The notes under the pieces: generated by a model
The model's input: the letters and a program-made list of their open reading frames with translations, nothing else
Databases searched by the model: none
Told to the model about the DNA's origin: nothing
Shown here: piece after piece, positions 1-8,681 of the stretch
Layout: each line of letters starts with the position of its first letter
Position numbering within the stretch: the stretch's first letter is position 1
Made by a program: the position numbers and the translations under genes
NCBI GenBank assembly: GCA_963835575.1
Contig: CAWIGG010000004.1
Location: 896,001-960,000 of the forward strand
DNA: 64,000 bases
Reading direction: 5' to 3'
Source of the DNA: an uncultured Spirochaetota bacterium
GTDB taxonomy: Bacteria > Spirochaetota > Brevinematia > Brevinematales > JAOACQ01

Positions 1-111
1 TCCTATCTCTGCCAGAATAATGATTTCAGCGGACTGATGGAAAAACAGGCGTCCAGGGATGCGCTTCTGGCTTATATTGAAGGAAAAGAAAAGGATTGGA
101 TAAAAAGGTAA
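1..111 (+). CDS. 3' end of an upstream gene, possibly a PTS EIIA-domain protein (partial)
   Basis: Open frame SYLCQNNDFSGLMEKQASRDALLAYIEGKEKDWIKR* ends at a TAA directly before the next ATG. The product guess rests only on weak resemblance and on the usual context of hyf-like operons. Confidence 0.35.
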   Translation, partial: SYLCQNNDFSGLMEKQASRDALLAYIEGKEKDWIKR

Positions 112-2103
112 ATGGGCATGCTGTTTTTTTATATATCCCTTATCATCTTATTGATCGGCGGGCTATTCTGTCTCATCGTTCCGGAAAAGGTAAAGAGCGT
201 CGTTAATTTTATTTTTTACGCTGTCAGCTTTCCTTTAATTCTTGTTCCTTCCATTGAAGTCCTGACAAAGAATACAGTTTTGAGCGCCTCATTTTCATTG
301 AATTCCCTTTTCGGCCCCGTGAATATCGTCATCGATCCGCTTTCGGCTTTTTTTGTTGTCATCATCTCGCTTGTCGGATTGCTGGCCTGCCTTTATTCCA
401 TAGGTTATATGAAGCCTTATATCAAAGAGCGGAAAAGATTGTCCTCGCATTACTTTTTTCAGAATGTCCTTATCATTTCCATGCTCCTTGTCGTGACCCT
501 GCAGAACGCTTTTGCGTTTCTCATCGCGTGGGAATTGATGTCGCTCTCATCATTTTTCCTGGTGATCTTTGAGAGCGAGAAAGAGGAAGTGATCAAAGCG
601 GGAATGAATTATCTCATCAGTATGCATATCGGCCTGATTTTCATCATTTCAGGCTTTATATTTCTGTCAATCCAGTCGGGAAGTTTCGGTTTTGATTCAT
701 TTAAAAAAGTTTTTGAATCTAATAAAACAACCGCGGATATTCTATTCATCCTGTTCTTCGCCGGATTCGGGATAAAGGCTGGTTTTTTCCCTCTGCATAC
801 ATGGCTGCCCAGGGCGCATCCGGCCGCGCCAAGCCCCATCTCGGCCATCATGTCCGGGGTGATGATTAAAACAGGGATTTACGGAATCCTTCGGGTCTTG
901 AGCTGGACCGGCACGCCGTCGTTTTTTATTTCCTATTTTGTTCTGATAATCGCCCTTCTTTCCGGGATTATAGGGGTCATATACGCGATAGCCCAGCACG
1001 ACCTGAAAAAACTGCTGGCCTATCACAGCGTGGAAAATATCGGCATCATCGGCCTGGGCATCGGTGTAGGGATGCTGGGGCTGTCTTATCAGAATAGTCT
1101 TGTGTCCGTACTGGGTTTTTCCGGCGCGGTGCTCCATGTGCTGAACCATGCCCTGTTCAAAGGGCTTCTCTTTTTCGGGGCCGGCGCGGTTTATAAAGAA
1201 ACCGGAACAAGAAATATTGAGAAATTGGGCGGTCTGGTCAAAGCCATGCCGTTTACGGCGGCTTTCTTCCTCATAGGCTCCATCGCTATTTCCGGTCTTC
1301 CGCCTTTGAACGGATTCATCAGCGAGTTCCTGATCTATTTCGGCCTGTTCAAGGGGTTCAATCCTGCGAATTTGATCTATACGGTCATACTCATTTTGAC
1401 TATTGCCGGATTATCGCTTATCGGCGTTATGGCCATGCTCTGTTTTACTAAAGCCTTCAGCGTGGTCTTCCTGGGGAGCCCCCGTTCGGAACCGGCGCGG
1501 AAAGCGCTTGAAGCGCCTGTCAGCATGATCATTCCGATGTTTATTATGGGGCTGTTGATCGCCTTTATCGGCTTATTTCCGCAGGCCGTGTTTTCTTTTA
1601 TCAGGCCTGTTGTTATGATTTTATCCCCGGCGGCGGATATTGCACTGGATACGGCGGTATTGAATGTCCTCGGTTCGATCTCGAAAGCGCTGTTCATTTT
1701 TATCGGAATGTTCGCTGTTGTTTTTTTGCTGCGTTTCCTTCTATTAAGGAAGAGAAAGGTCAGTATTCAAAAAACCTGGGACTGCGGCTATCAGGCGGGT
1801 ACACCGCGGATACAGTATACGGCTTCTTCTTTTGCGGAGCCTTTCCTGCTGCTGGCAAAAAAGCTGATTGATTACAAAACTATCATCAAGCCGCCCGCGG
1901 GTTTATTCCCGAAAGAAGCATCACTGGAAAGAGATTCCGCTGACATGATCGAAACAAAGGCGATTATGCCGACTGTCAGCCTGCTTAATAAATTTTTAAA
2001 TCTTTTCTCCTGGATACAGAGCGGCAGGACGCAGAATTATTTAATATACGGGATAGTCTTTCTGCTTCTGGCACTCCTGTTTGTCATAGGGGTCCGGCTA
2101 TGA
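112..2103 (+). CDS. hyfB: Hydrogenase-4 component B-like / EhrA proton-translocating antiporter-like subunit
   Basis: Polytopic membrane protein with WELMSLSSF, GIKAGFFPLHTWLPRAHPAAPS, LLAYHSVENIG and TWDCGY motifs. Confidence 0.9.
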   Translation: MGMLFFYISLIILLIGGLFCLIVPEKVKSVVNFIFYAVSFPLILVPSIEVLTKNTVLSASFSLNSLFGPVNIVIDPLSAFFVVIISLVGLLACLYSIGYMKPYIKERKRLSSHYFFQNVLIISMLLVVTLQNAFAFLIAWELMSLSSFFLVIFESEKEEVIKAGMNYLISMHIGLIFIISGFIFLSIQSGSFGFDSFKKVFESNKTTADILFILFFAGFGIKAGFFPLHTWLPRAHPAAPSPISAIMSGVMIKTGIYGILRVLSWTGTPSFFISYFVLIIALLSGIIGVIYAIAQHDLKKLLAYHSVENIGIIGLGIGVGMLGLSYQNSLVSVLGFSGAVLHVLNHALFKGLLFFGAGAVYKETGTRNIEKLGGLVKAMPFTAAFFLIGSIAISGLPPLNGFISEFLIYFGLFKGFNPANLIYTVILILTIAGLSLIGVMAMLCFTKAFSVVFLGSPRSEPARKALEAPVSMIIPMFIMGLLIAFIGLFPQAVFSFIRPVVMILSPAADIALDTAVLNVLGSISKALFIFIGMFAVVFLLRFLLLRKRKVSIQKTWDCGYQAGTPRIQYTASSFAEPFLLLAKKLIDYKTIIKPPAGLFPKEASLERDSADMIETKAIMPTVSLLNKFLNLFSWIQSGRTQNYLIYGIVFLLLALLFVIGVRL

Positions 2104-3023
2104 TGGAAAGACTCATAAATATCCTGTTCCTGCTGTTTATGCCTTTTTTGTTCCTCGGGATCATCAATAAGGTCAAGGCCGTCTGGGCCGGAAGGAAAGG
2201 GGCGCCTATCCTCCAGCCTCTCTATGAGTTTATCAGGCTCATCAGGAAAGGGGAAGTCGTCAGCCGGACAACTTCCTTCGTTTTTCAAATCGCGCTGTCG
2301 ATTTCTTTTACGGCCGTTCTTTTTTCAGGCCTACTGGCGCCGCTGGCCCAGAGGTTGTGCTTTTTCCCGATGGAGGCGTCGTTTATCATTTTCGCCTTCC
2401 TATTGGGACTGGGCAGGTTCTTCTCGATCCTGGGCGCGATGGACACGGGTTCCAGCTTTGAGGGGATGGGCGCGAGCCGCGAGGCCGCCTTCAGCAGCCT
2501 GATCGAGCCGGCGTTTTTTATCATAATCGGGACGCTCGCTTTTTTGAACGGCGGGCTTTCCTTCCCGGACATCCTGAATTTAACGGAGAAGCATGATCCT
2601 TTCTTCATGCTCATTACTGTATTAACGGTCATCGCTTTTTTTATCATGCTCCTGACGGAAGGCTGCAGGGTGCCGGTTGACGACCCGAATACCCACCTGG
2701 AGCTTACGATGATCCATGAGGTGATGGCGCTGGATAATTCGGGCGTCGACCTGGCCTTATTGTCTTACGGCGCGGGCATGAAAATGGTCGTCATCACGTC
2801 CCTCATAGCCGCCCTAGTCATTCCGAAGGATTTGGGTTTTACCGCGTCGGCTTTTGCCTGGCTCGGGATAGAATCGGTCGCCGCCGTTTTTATCGGGACG
2901 ATTGAATCGCAGACGGCGAGGCTCAGGATGCTGCATGTACCGCAATTTATCTTTGTCATGACAAGTCTCGCGCTGATCATTCTCTCGGCCGCCGCGCTGT
3001 GGATGAAGGGAGGGCTGAAATGA
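2100..3023 (+). CDS. hyfC: HyfC/HycD (NuoH-like) membrane subunit
   Basis: GRKGAPILQP, GSSFEGMGASRE and RVPVDDPNTHLELTMIHE motifs; ATGA overlap with hyfB. Confidence 0.9.
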   Translation: MMERLINILFLLFMPFLFLGIINKVKAVWAGRKGAPILQPLYEFIRLIRKGEVVSRTTSFVFQIALSISFTAVLFSGLLAPLAQRLCFFPMEASFIIFAFLLGLGRFFSILGAMDTGSSFEGMGASREAAFSSLIEPAFFIIIGTLAFLNGGLSFPDILNLTEKHDPFFMLITVLTVIAFFIMLLTEGCRVPVDDPNTHLELTMIHEVMALDNSGVDLALLSYGAGMKMVVITSLIAALVIPKDLGFTASAFAWLGIESVAAVFIGTIESQTARLRMLHVPQFIFVMTSLALIILSAAALWMKGGLK

Positions 3024-3658
3024 TCAGTTTTATTATCATACTCTTCGGCGTGACTATGCTTTTTGTGTCGGCGACGGGAAGGATAGAAGGGTATATTAAA
3101 ATACTGTCCGTACAGGGAATACTGTTGATGCTTCTTGTTCTTTTCGGCTTTGATGATTTCAGTATCCTTAATTTTGTATTTTTAACAGCTGAAACACTGC
3201 TTATAAAAACCATTATAATTCCGGTCTTTCTCATACGGATCGTCAGGAAGAATGGCATCCAGAGAGAGGTGGAAACAAACCTGCCGAATTTTTTCTCGCT
3301 CCTGATCGCCAGCGCCCTTTTTATGCTCGGCTTTTTTATTTCCTATTGGGCCCTTAAATTCGGGACTGCAGTCAATTCCCTTTATTTCGGCATATCATTT
3401 TCCACCATATTCACAGGCCTTTTCATTATTATATCAAGAAAAAATATTGTTACGCATGTCCTGGGATATATGATGATGGAGAACGGGATATTTCTTCTGT
3501 CCCTTTCCGTGGCCAAGGAAATGCCGGTCATCATCGACCTGGGAGTGCTCCTGGATGTGTTCATCGGGATATATCTATTGGGGCTTTTTGTGAATAAAAT
3601 CCAATCCGCGTTTGACGAATCGCAAATTGACGCGCTCAATCAATTGAAAGACGAGTAG
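3020..3658 (+). CDS. hyfE: HyfE-like membrane subunit
   Basis: Hydrophobic; GYMMMENGI and LGVLLDV motifs; start placed at the ATGA overlap with hyfC. Confidence 0.85.
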   Translation: MISFIIILFGVTMLFVSATGRIEGYIKILSVQGILLMLLVLFGFDDFSILNFVFLTAETLLIKTIIIPVFLIRIVRKNGIQREVETNLPNFFSLLIASALFMLGFFISYWALKFGTAVNSLYFGISFSTIFTGLFIIISRKNIVTHVLGYMMMENGIFLLSLSVAKEMPVIIDLGVLLDVFIGIYLLGLFVNKIQSAFDESQIDALNQLKDE

Positions 3659-3665
3659 GAAAAAT

Positions 3666-5069
3666 ATGATTATTATTTTGTTCCTGTTTCCGGTCATCGC
3701 CGCTGTTCTGCTTTTTTTCCTGAAATCAAAAAAAGTGAATAACATTACGCTTATCTGTTATTCCATTCTATATCTTGCCGTGTCCGTTTTCCAGCTTTTT
3801 TCCCCCGGCGAATTCACCCGCTATTTTAAAACCGACACGCTGGGTTCGCTTTTCATGATCACACTCGCGGTTATTTTTGTCGGTGTTGCTTTTTATAACG
3901 CGGCTTTTTCCCATGATGAGGCATCGAACACATCGCATACCTATTATACGATCTTTTTCCTTTTCTTTGTTTTATCCATGACCGGTGTTCTATTGAGTGC
4001 GCATCTGGCTTTGTTATGGGTTTTTATTGAAGCGACGACCCTCTCCAGCGCTTACCTGATTTATTACCATAAGCATGGATCTTCCCTGGAAGCGGCCTGG
4101 AAATATGTCTTTATCTGTTCCATCGGCATAGCCATGGCTTTTATCGGGATCATTCTTCTGACAATCGGTACGGGAATTGTCAATTCCCTCTTTTTTGACG
4201 ATCTGTACCGGAACGCCCCGCTCATCAACGCGTTCTGGCTTAAGATCGCTTTTGTTTTCATCCTGGTTGGCTTCGGGACGAAAGCCGGCCTCGCGCCGGT
4301 GCACGCGTGGCTGCCGGACGCGCATTCGGAAGCGCCCTCGCCCGTATCGGCGATGCTTTCGGGAACGCTCCTCAATACGGCCGTCCTCGGGATAATCCGC
4401 GTTTATAAAATAATGGAACTTTCAGGGACCGCGTCTTACGCGCGGGTATTGATGCTTGCCATGGGTTTTCTTTCGGTGTTTGTCTGCGCGGTTTATATAT
4501 CGCGGACAAAGAATTATAAAAGGATGCTGGCTTATTCTTCCATCGAGAACATGGGTATCGTCATGATCGGCATCGGGCTCGGAGGCATCGGGGTTTTTGC
4601 CGCGCTTCTCCATATTGTCGTCCATTCGCTGACAAAGGCAGGTTTCTTTCTTACCTCGGGCAATATTGTGTCTTTTTATAACAGTAAATTGATACAGGAT
4701 GTTAAATTTCTTTACCGGAAGGACAAATTCAGCGCGTGGCTCTGGATATTTTCTTTTATCGGGATTTCCGGACTGCCTCCTTTTCCCCTTTTTATCAGCG
4801 AGTTTCTTATTGTAAAGGCTTTTTTTGATAAAGGATGGATTATTCCGGCCGTTATTTTTCTCCTTCTGCTGACTATCATTTTATACGGAATGGGAAATAA
4901 CGTGCTGAAAATGTGCTTCGGCAGGGACAGCGGGGAAAAAGAGGCAAAGCGGCTCAATCCCTTCCAGTATATCCCGCAGGCCGCGTTTTTTGTTATTTTA
5001 CTCATTATCGGCCTGTTACTGCCTGAACCGGTCCGGAAGATGCTTCAGAACGCAGCCGCGCTGTTTTAG
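3666..5069 (+). CDS. hyfF: HyfF-like antiporter-like subunit
   Basis: WVFIEATTL, SLEAAWKY, GFGTKAGLAPVHAWLPDAHSEAPS and KRMLAYSSIE motifs. Confidence 0.9.
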   Translation: MIIILFLFPVIAAVLLFFLKSKKVNNITLICYSILYLAVSVFQLFSPGEFTRYFKTDTLGSLFMITLAVIFVGVAFYNAAFSHDEASNTSHTYYTIFFLFFVLSMTGVLLSAHLALLWVFIEATTLSSAYLIYYHKHGSSLEAAWKYVFICSIGIAMAFIGIILLTIGTGIVNSLFFDDLYRNAPLINAFWLKIAFVFILVGFGTKAGLAPVHAWLPDAHSEAPSPVSAMLSGTLLNTAVLGIIRVYKIMELSGTASYARVLMLAMGFLSVFVCAVYISRTKNYKRMLAYSSIENMGIVMIGIGLGGIGVFAALLHIVVHSLTKAGFFLTSGNIVSFYNSKLIQDVKFLYRKDKFSAWLWIFSFIGISGLPPFPLFISEFLIVKAFFDKGWIIPAVIFLLLLTIILYGMGNNVLKMCFGRDSGEKEAKRLNPFQYIPQAAFFVILLIIGLLLPEPVRKMLQNAAALF

Positions 5070-5084
5070 GAAGGAGTCGATAAA

Positions 5085-6569
5085 ATGAAATGGGCACTGA
5101 CCAATAATAACCGTGTTCTAAAACTGAGAGATATTCCTCTGCTGAAAATCGATGATTTACGGAATGAGATCATAAAAAATAAGGATAAAAGGCTGGTTTC
5201 TTTTTTCGGACATAAAAATAAAAAGGAAATTAAAATCTATGTCATTCTCGCGGATGACGATAATTCCAGTCTTTATGTTTCATCTTCCGTGATTAAGGAA
5301 GGCGGATCATATCAGTCTTTAACCCCGGAGCTTCCGGCCTTCCATCTGTTCGAGCGGGAGCTTTATGAGGAATACGGGGTCATTCCTGAAGAGCATCCAT
5401 GGCTCAAGCCTGTTCGATATAGCTTTAACCGGCATGACAAGAATAAAACGATGAGGAATTATCCTTTCTTTCAAATGGAAGGGGAGGAAATCCATGAGGT
5501 TGCGGTCGGCCCCATCCACGCCGGGGTGATCGAACCCGGGCATTTCCGTTTTCAATGCCTTGGGGAAAAAGTTTACCACCTGGAGATCCAGCTGGGCTAT
5601 CAGCACCGCGGCATTGAGGACATGCTCATAAAAATAAACCCGCGCTTTGCCGGGCACCTGGCCGAAAGCATAGCCGGCGATTCCGTGATAGCGCATACTT
5701 CGGCATACTCCGCACTGATCGAGTCGCTTCGCGGCTGTGAAATAACCCGGAGGGCGCAGGCTGTGCGCGGCATAGCGCTTGAGCTTGAAAGGATGGCAGT
5801 CCATATCGGCGATCTCGGCGCGCTGGCCGGCGATATAGCCTATCTTCCCGGCAGTTCGCAGTTCGGGGCCATCCGCACCCTTGTGATCAATACAATGCTC
5901 GTCCTCTGCGGGAGCCGTTTCGGAAGGGGGCTTGTGAGGCCCGGCGGGGTCATGTTTGACATAGATGATACTTTAAAAAAACAGATGGGGATTACATTAC
6001 GGAAAGTATTAAATGAGGTCGGCTTTGCGGCCGAGGCTTTCTTTTCCTCGTCCAGCGTTCTGGCAAGACTGGAGCTGACGGGGGTTGTCCCAACGGAAAC
6101 CGCGAAGCAGATCGGGATGGTCGGCCCCGCGGCAAGGGCTTCGGGAGTTCCCGTCGATGTCCGGAGCGATCATTCCTACAGGATCTATAAAAACTTTCCG
6201 GTCCACAAGCTGACGCTTCCCGGCGGCGATGTATTCTCGAGGGCTTACATCCGTTATATCGAGATCAGGCAGTCGGCCCAGTTCATCCTGGAAGTCCTGG
6301 AAAACCTTCCGGAGGATTCGGTTGAGCTGGTCTCATTAAAAAAGCCGCAGCCGGATTCATTCTCTGTTTCTTTGATAGAAGGCTGGCGCGGGGAAACGGC
6401 CCATATAGCCGTAACGGACAAAACCGGCAAATTAACCCGTTATAAAATAAAGGACCCTTCTTTCAATAACTGGTATGGACTGGCATTGGCGGTGAGGGAC
6501 AACGGCATCTCGGATTTTCCGCTGTGCAATAAAAGCTTTAACCTTTCCTACTGCGGGCATGATCTGTAA
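5085..6569 (+). CDS. HyfG/HycE-like large subunit without Ni-binding CxxC motifs (Ehr-type large subunit)
   Basis: NuoC+NuoD-like layout (FERELYE, VGPIHAGVIEPGHFRF, EGWRGE, KIKDPSF). The L1 site reads ESIAGDS and the C-terminus reads DFPLCNKSFNLSYCGHDL. Confidence 0.85.
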   Translation: MKWALTNNNRVLKLRDIPLLKIDDLRNEIIKNKDKRLVSFFGHKNKKEIKIYVILADDDNSSLYVSSSVIKEGGSYQSLTPELPAFHLFERELYEEYGVIPEEHPWLKPVRYSFNRHDKNKTMRNYPFFQMEGEEIHEVAVGPIHAGVIEPGHFRFQCLGEKVYHLEIQLGYQHRGIEDMLIKINPRFAGHLAESIAGDSVIAHTSAYSALIESLRGCEITRRAQAVRGIALELERMAVHIGDLGALAGDIAYLPGSSQFGAIRTLVINTMLVLCGSRFGRGLVRPGGVMFDIDDTLKKQMGITLRKVLNEVGFAAEAFFSSSSVLARLELTGVVPTETAKQIGMVGPAARASGVPVDVRSDHSYRIYKNFPVHKLTLPGGDVFSRAYIRYIEIRQSAQFILEVLENLPEDSVELVSLKKPQPDSFSVSLIEGWRGETAHIAVTDKTGKLTRYKIKDPSFNNWYGLALAVRDNGISDFPLCNKSFNLSYCGHDL

Positions 6570-6690
6570 AGGAAATAATTAACAGGAAGGCATCCCTTGG
6601 CTGTGCTCGGGACAGGCTCCGGCGGGAAGGGAAGAATATAAACGTATCTTCTATTATAATATTTAAACTAATGTAAAAGAAGCCTGATTG

Positions 6691-6890
6691 TAATATCCGA
6701 TTTTTCACACGGATGACGCGGATTTTAAAGGATTTAGTTTTACGCTGAGCAGCTTTTTTATTGATGATATCTGATAGAGTCTTATATTAACCACGAAGTT
6801 CGCGAAGAACACGAAGAGGGTTGGAAAGGTGGGCTGCGCCCGGTGGATAAGGCTTTGAGAACGACTGAATATCATAGAATGACACTGATG
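6691..6890. repeat. Cluster of ~9-nt-period repeat arms
   Basis: cacggatga-cgcggattt-taaaggattt; cacgaagtt-cgcgaagaa-cacgaagag; a weaker third arm near 6860-6890. Confidence 0.7.
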
Positions 6891-6895
6891 TTCAC

Positions 6896-8605
6896 TTATA
6901 TCTTAAAATATTTTTTCTCTGCTTTTTTAGCTATTTTTAAAATAGAATCCAACTTTTCACTTACTTCCTTGTCAATTTCCTCGGGTTTTGCCATACTAAC
7001 CAATTTGTAATAACGGCTTTTATCCATTAAAATCACAGAATTAATCTTTTTATAAAAATCCCTGAATACTTTATCGAGAAAATCATCACTCATTTTTGTC
7101 GTATTCCACCATTCGTTCATTTTATCTTTTTTTGCCACACCAGGAATATAATCATCGATTATATTTTTAATTATTGACGGATAAGTCTGAGTAAATAATT
7201 CTTTTCCATATTCTTCAACAATAAAACGCTCAATAACAACCGGCAATGGCAAATAATTTTCTATTTCGTTTTTATCCCACATTAACATTTTGAAATATTC
7301 ATTACTCTGAAGTTTAGCCGGAATTTTATCAAATATGGCGATGCCTGATAAATCAGGCATTGCTTCTTTTAACCCGTAAAAATGATTTTCGGCTGATGAC
7401 GGCCGGTTTGAATCAACAGTTCTGACGAATGCTTCTTCAAGGTACTTTAAAACGGGATGTCCTAATAATTTGGCAAAGGCTTGAAGTATCAAATGATCGG
7501 TCGTCCCTTCGAGATAAAGGACCCATTTCTTTTGTTCTGCAAGAACGTACTGATCAAAACCAATACTATTCAGTGATTTTACGAGCTGCTGAGTCTTATT
7601 CACACGGTGGGGATCACCGATAAACCCTATTATTGTATCCTTTTCCGCAGCCTCGTTAAGCACTGCTTCCGAGTGTGTGGCAATTATTAATTGTGATTTC
7701 TGATTCTTAATGGTTTCTGAAAGTGTGTTATAAATCTCTTTTTGCCTGATAACTTCAAGATGGGCATCCGGTTCATCAAGTAAAAGAATTGTGTTTTCAT
7801 TGCTGTAAATATAAGAAAATAACAGCAGGATTTGCTGAAAACCCCTTCCGGAGTTGGAAAGAGCCATATTTTTCTTGGAATCTTCGCGATAAGTCAACAA
7901 CAGCTTTCCCGTACCGGCATCATAAACCGGATCATCTAAATCAACAAGGAAAAACCTTTTTATGAGACTTTTTAATTCCTTCCATTTTCCATTACTGCGC
8001 TGATAGACATTCCAGCATAGGTTTCTCAGGACTTCCGCGGTCCTTCCCTCGCCGATCCTGCCCTGAATCGATCCGGGTTCAAGTTTGTCTTCCTCGCTCG
8101 CAAGTCCCGACATTGGAGGAAGAAAACCAACGCGTTCGTTTATAACTTCTTCCGGAAAAGGCAGAGGTTTCCCATTTTCATCACCCAGTATCCGGCAATA
8201 AATAGATTCGGGATTTGCATAATCAAATTCAAAACCCAGAGACCATTTAGTGTTTGAAGTAAAGCCTTCGGCTGTAATTTTTATCCTGATATTCTCCGTA
8301 CCTCTTTTACCTTCTTTTTTTATAAAACTTTTTCTGACATTGAGATCGCTCCATAATTGAAGCGCGGAGGGTAAAGGCATAGAAAGGAGTTCTTTACGGT
8401 TTATTGTTATACCTGTTCTCTGCTTCGCTTTGGTTGTACGGGAATGTTCATACCACCTTCTCATCCCGATACTCCAGAGAGAAATAGCCTGCAATGCTGT
8501 GGTTTTACCGGAATTATTCGGTCCTATAAAAGCGACAACAGGAGTCAGGTCAATTTCAACTTTTTCCAGTTTTTTAAAATTTTCAATAAAAAGTCTGGTT
8601 AACAT
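6896..8605 (-). CDS. ABC/AAA ATPase with C-terminal TOPRIM-like domain (OLD-family-like, putative defence protein)
   Basis: Walker A GPNNSGKT, signature LSNSGRG, Walker B LLLDEPDAHL, H-loop IATHS; TOPRIM-like LYLEGTTD and NEIENY. Confidence 0.75.
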   Translation of the reverse strand: MLTRLFIENFKKLEKVEIDLTPVVAFIGPNNSGKTTALQAISLWSIGMRRWYEHSRTTKAKQRTGITINRKELLSMPLPSALQLWSDLNVRKSFIKKEGKRGTENIRIKITAEGFTSNTKWSLGFEFDYANPESIYCRILGDENGKPLPFPEEVINERVGFLPPMSGLASEEDKLEPGSIQGRIGEGRTAEVLRNLCWNVYQRSNGKWKELKSLIKRFFLVDLDDPVYDAGTGKLLLTYREDSKKNMALSNSGRGFQQILLLFSYIYSNENTILLLDEPDAHLEVIRQKEIYNTLSETIKNQKSQLIIATHSEAVLNEAAEKDTIIGFIGDPHRVNKTQQLVKSLNSIGFDQYVLAEQKKWVLYLEGTTDHLILQAFAKLLGHPVLKYLEEAFVRTVDSNRPSSAENHFYGLKEAMPDLSGIAIFDKIPAKLQSNEYFKMLMWDKNEIENYLPLPVVIERFIVEEYGKELFTQTYPSIIKNIIDDYIPGVAKKDKMNEWWNTTKMSDDFLDKVFRDFYKKINSVILMDKSRYYKLVSMAKPEEIDKEVSEKLDSILKIAKKAEKKYFKI

Positions 8606-8681
8606 AAATTGCCCCTTGGATTTTTTGATTAAGATTTATTTTAACATAAATCTTATTATTTGTCTTTTCAAATTCTAATGT

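Noticed and set aside
112..6569. Functional NiFe hydrogenase-4 / formate hydrogenlyase
   Set aside because: The large subunit lacks both CxxC Ni-binding motifs and no maturation genes are present in the window.
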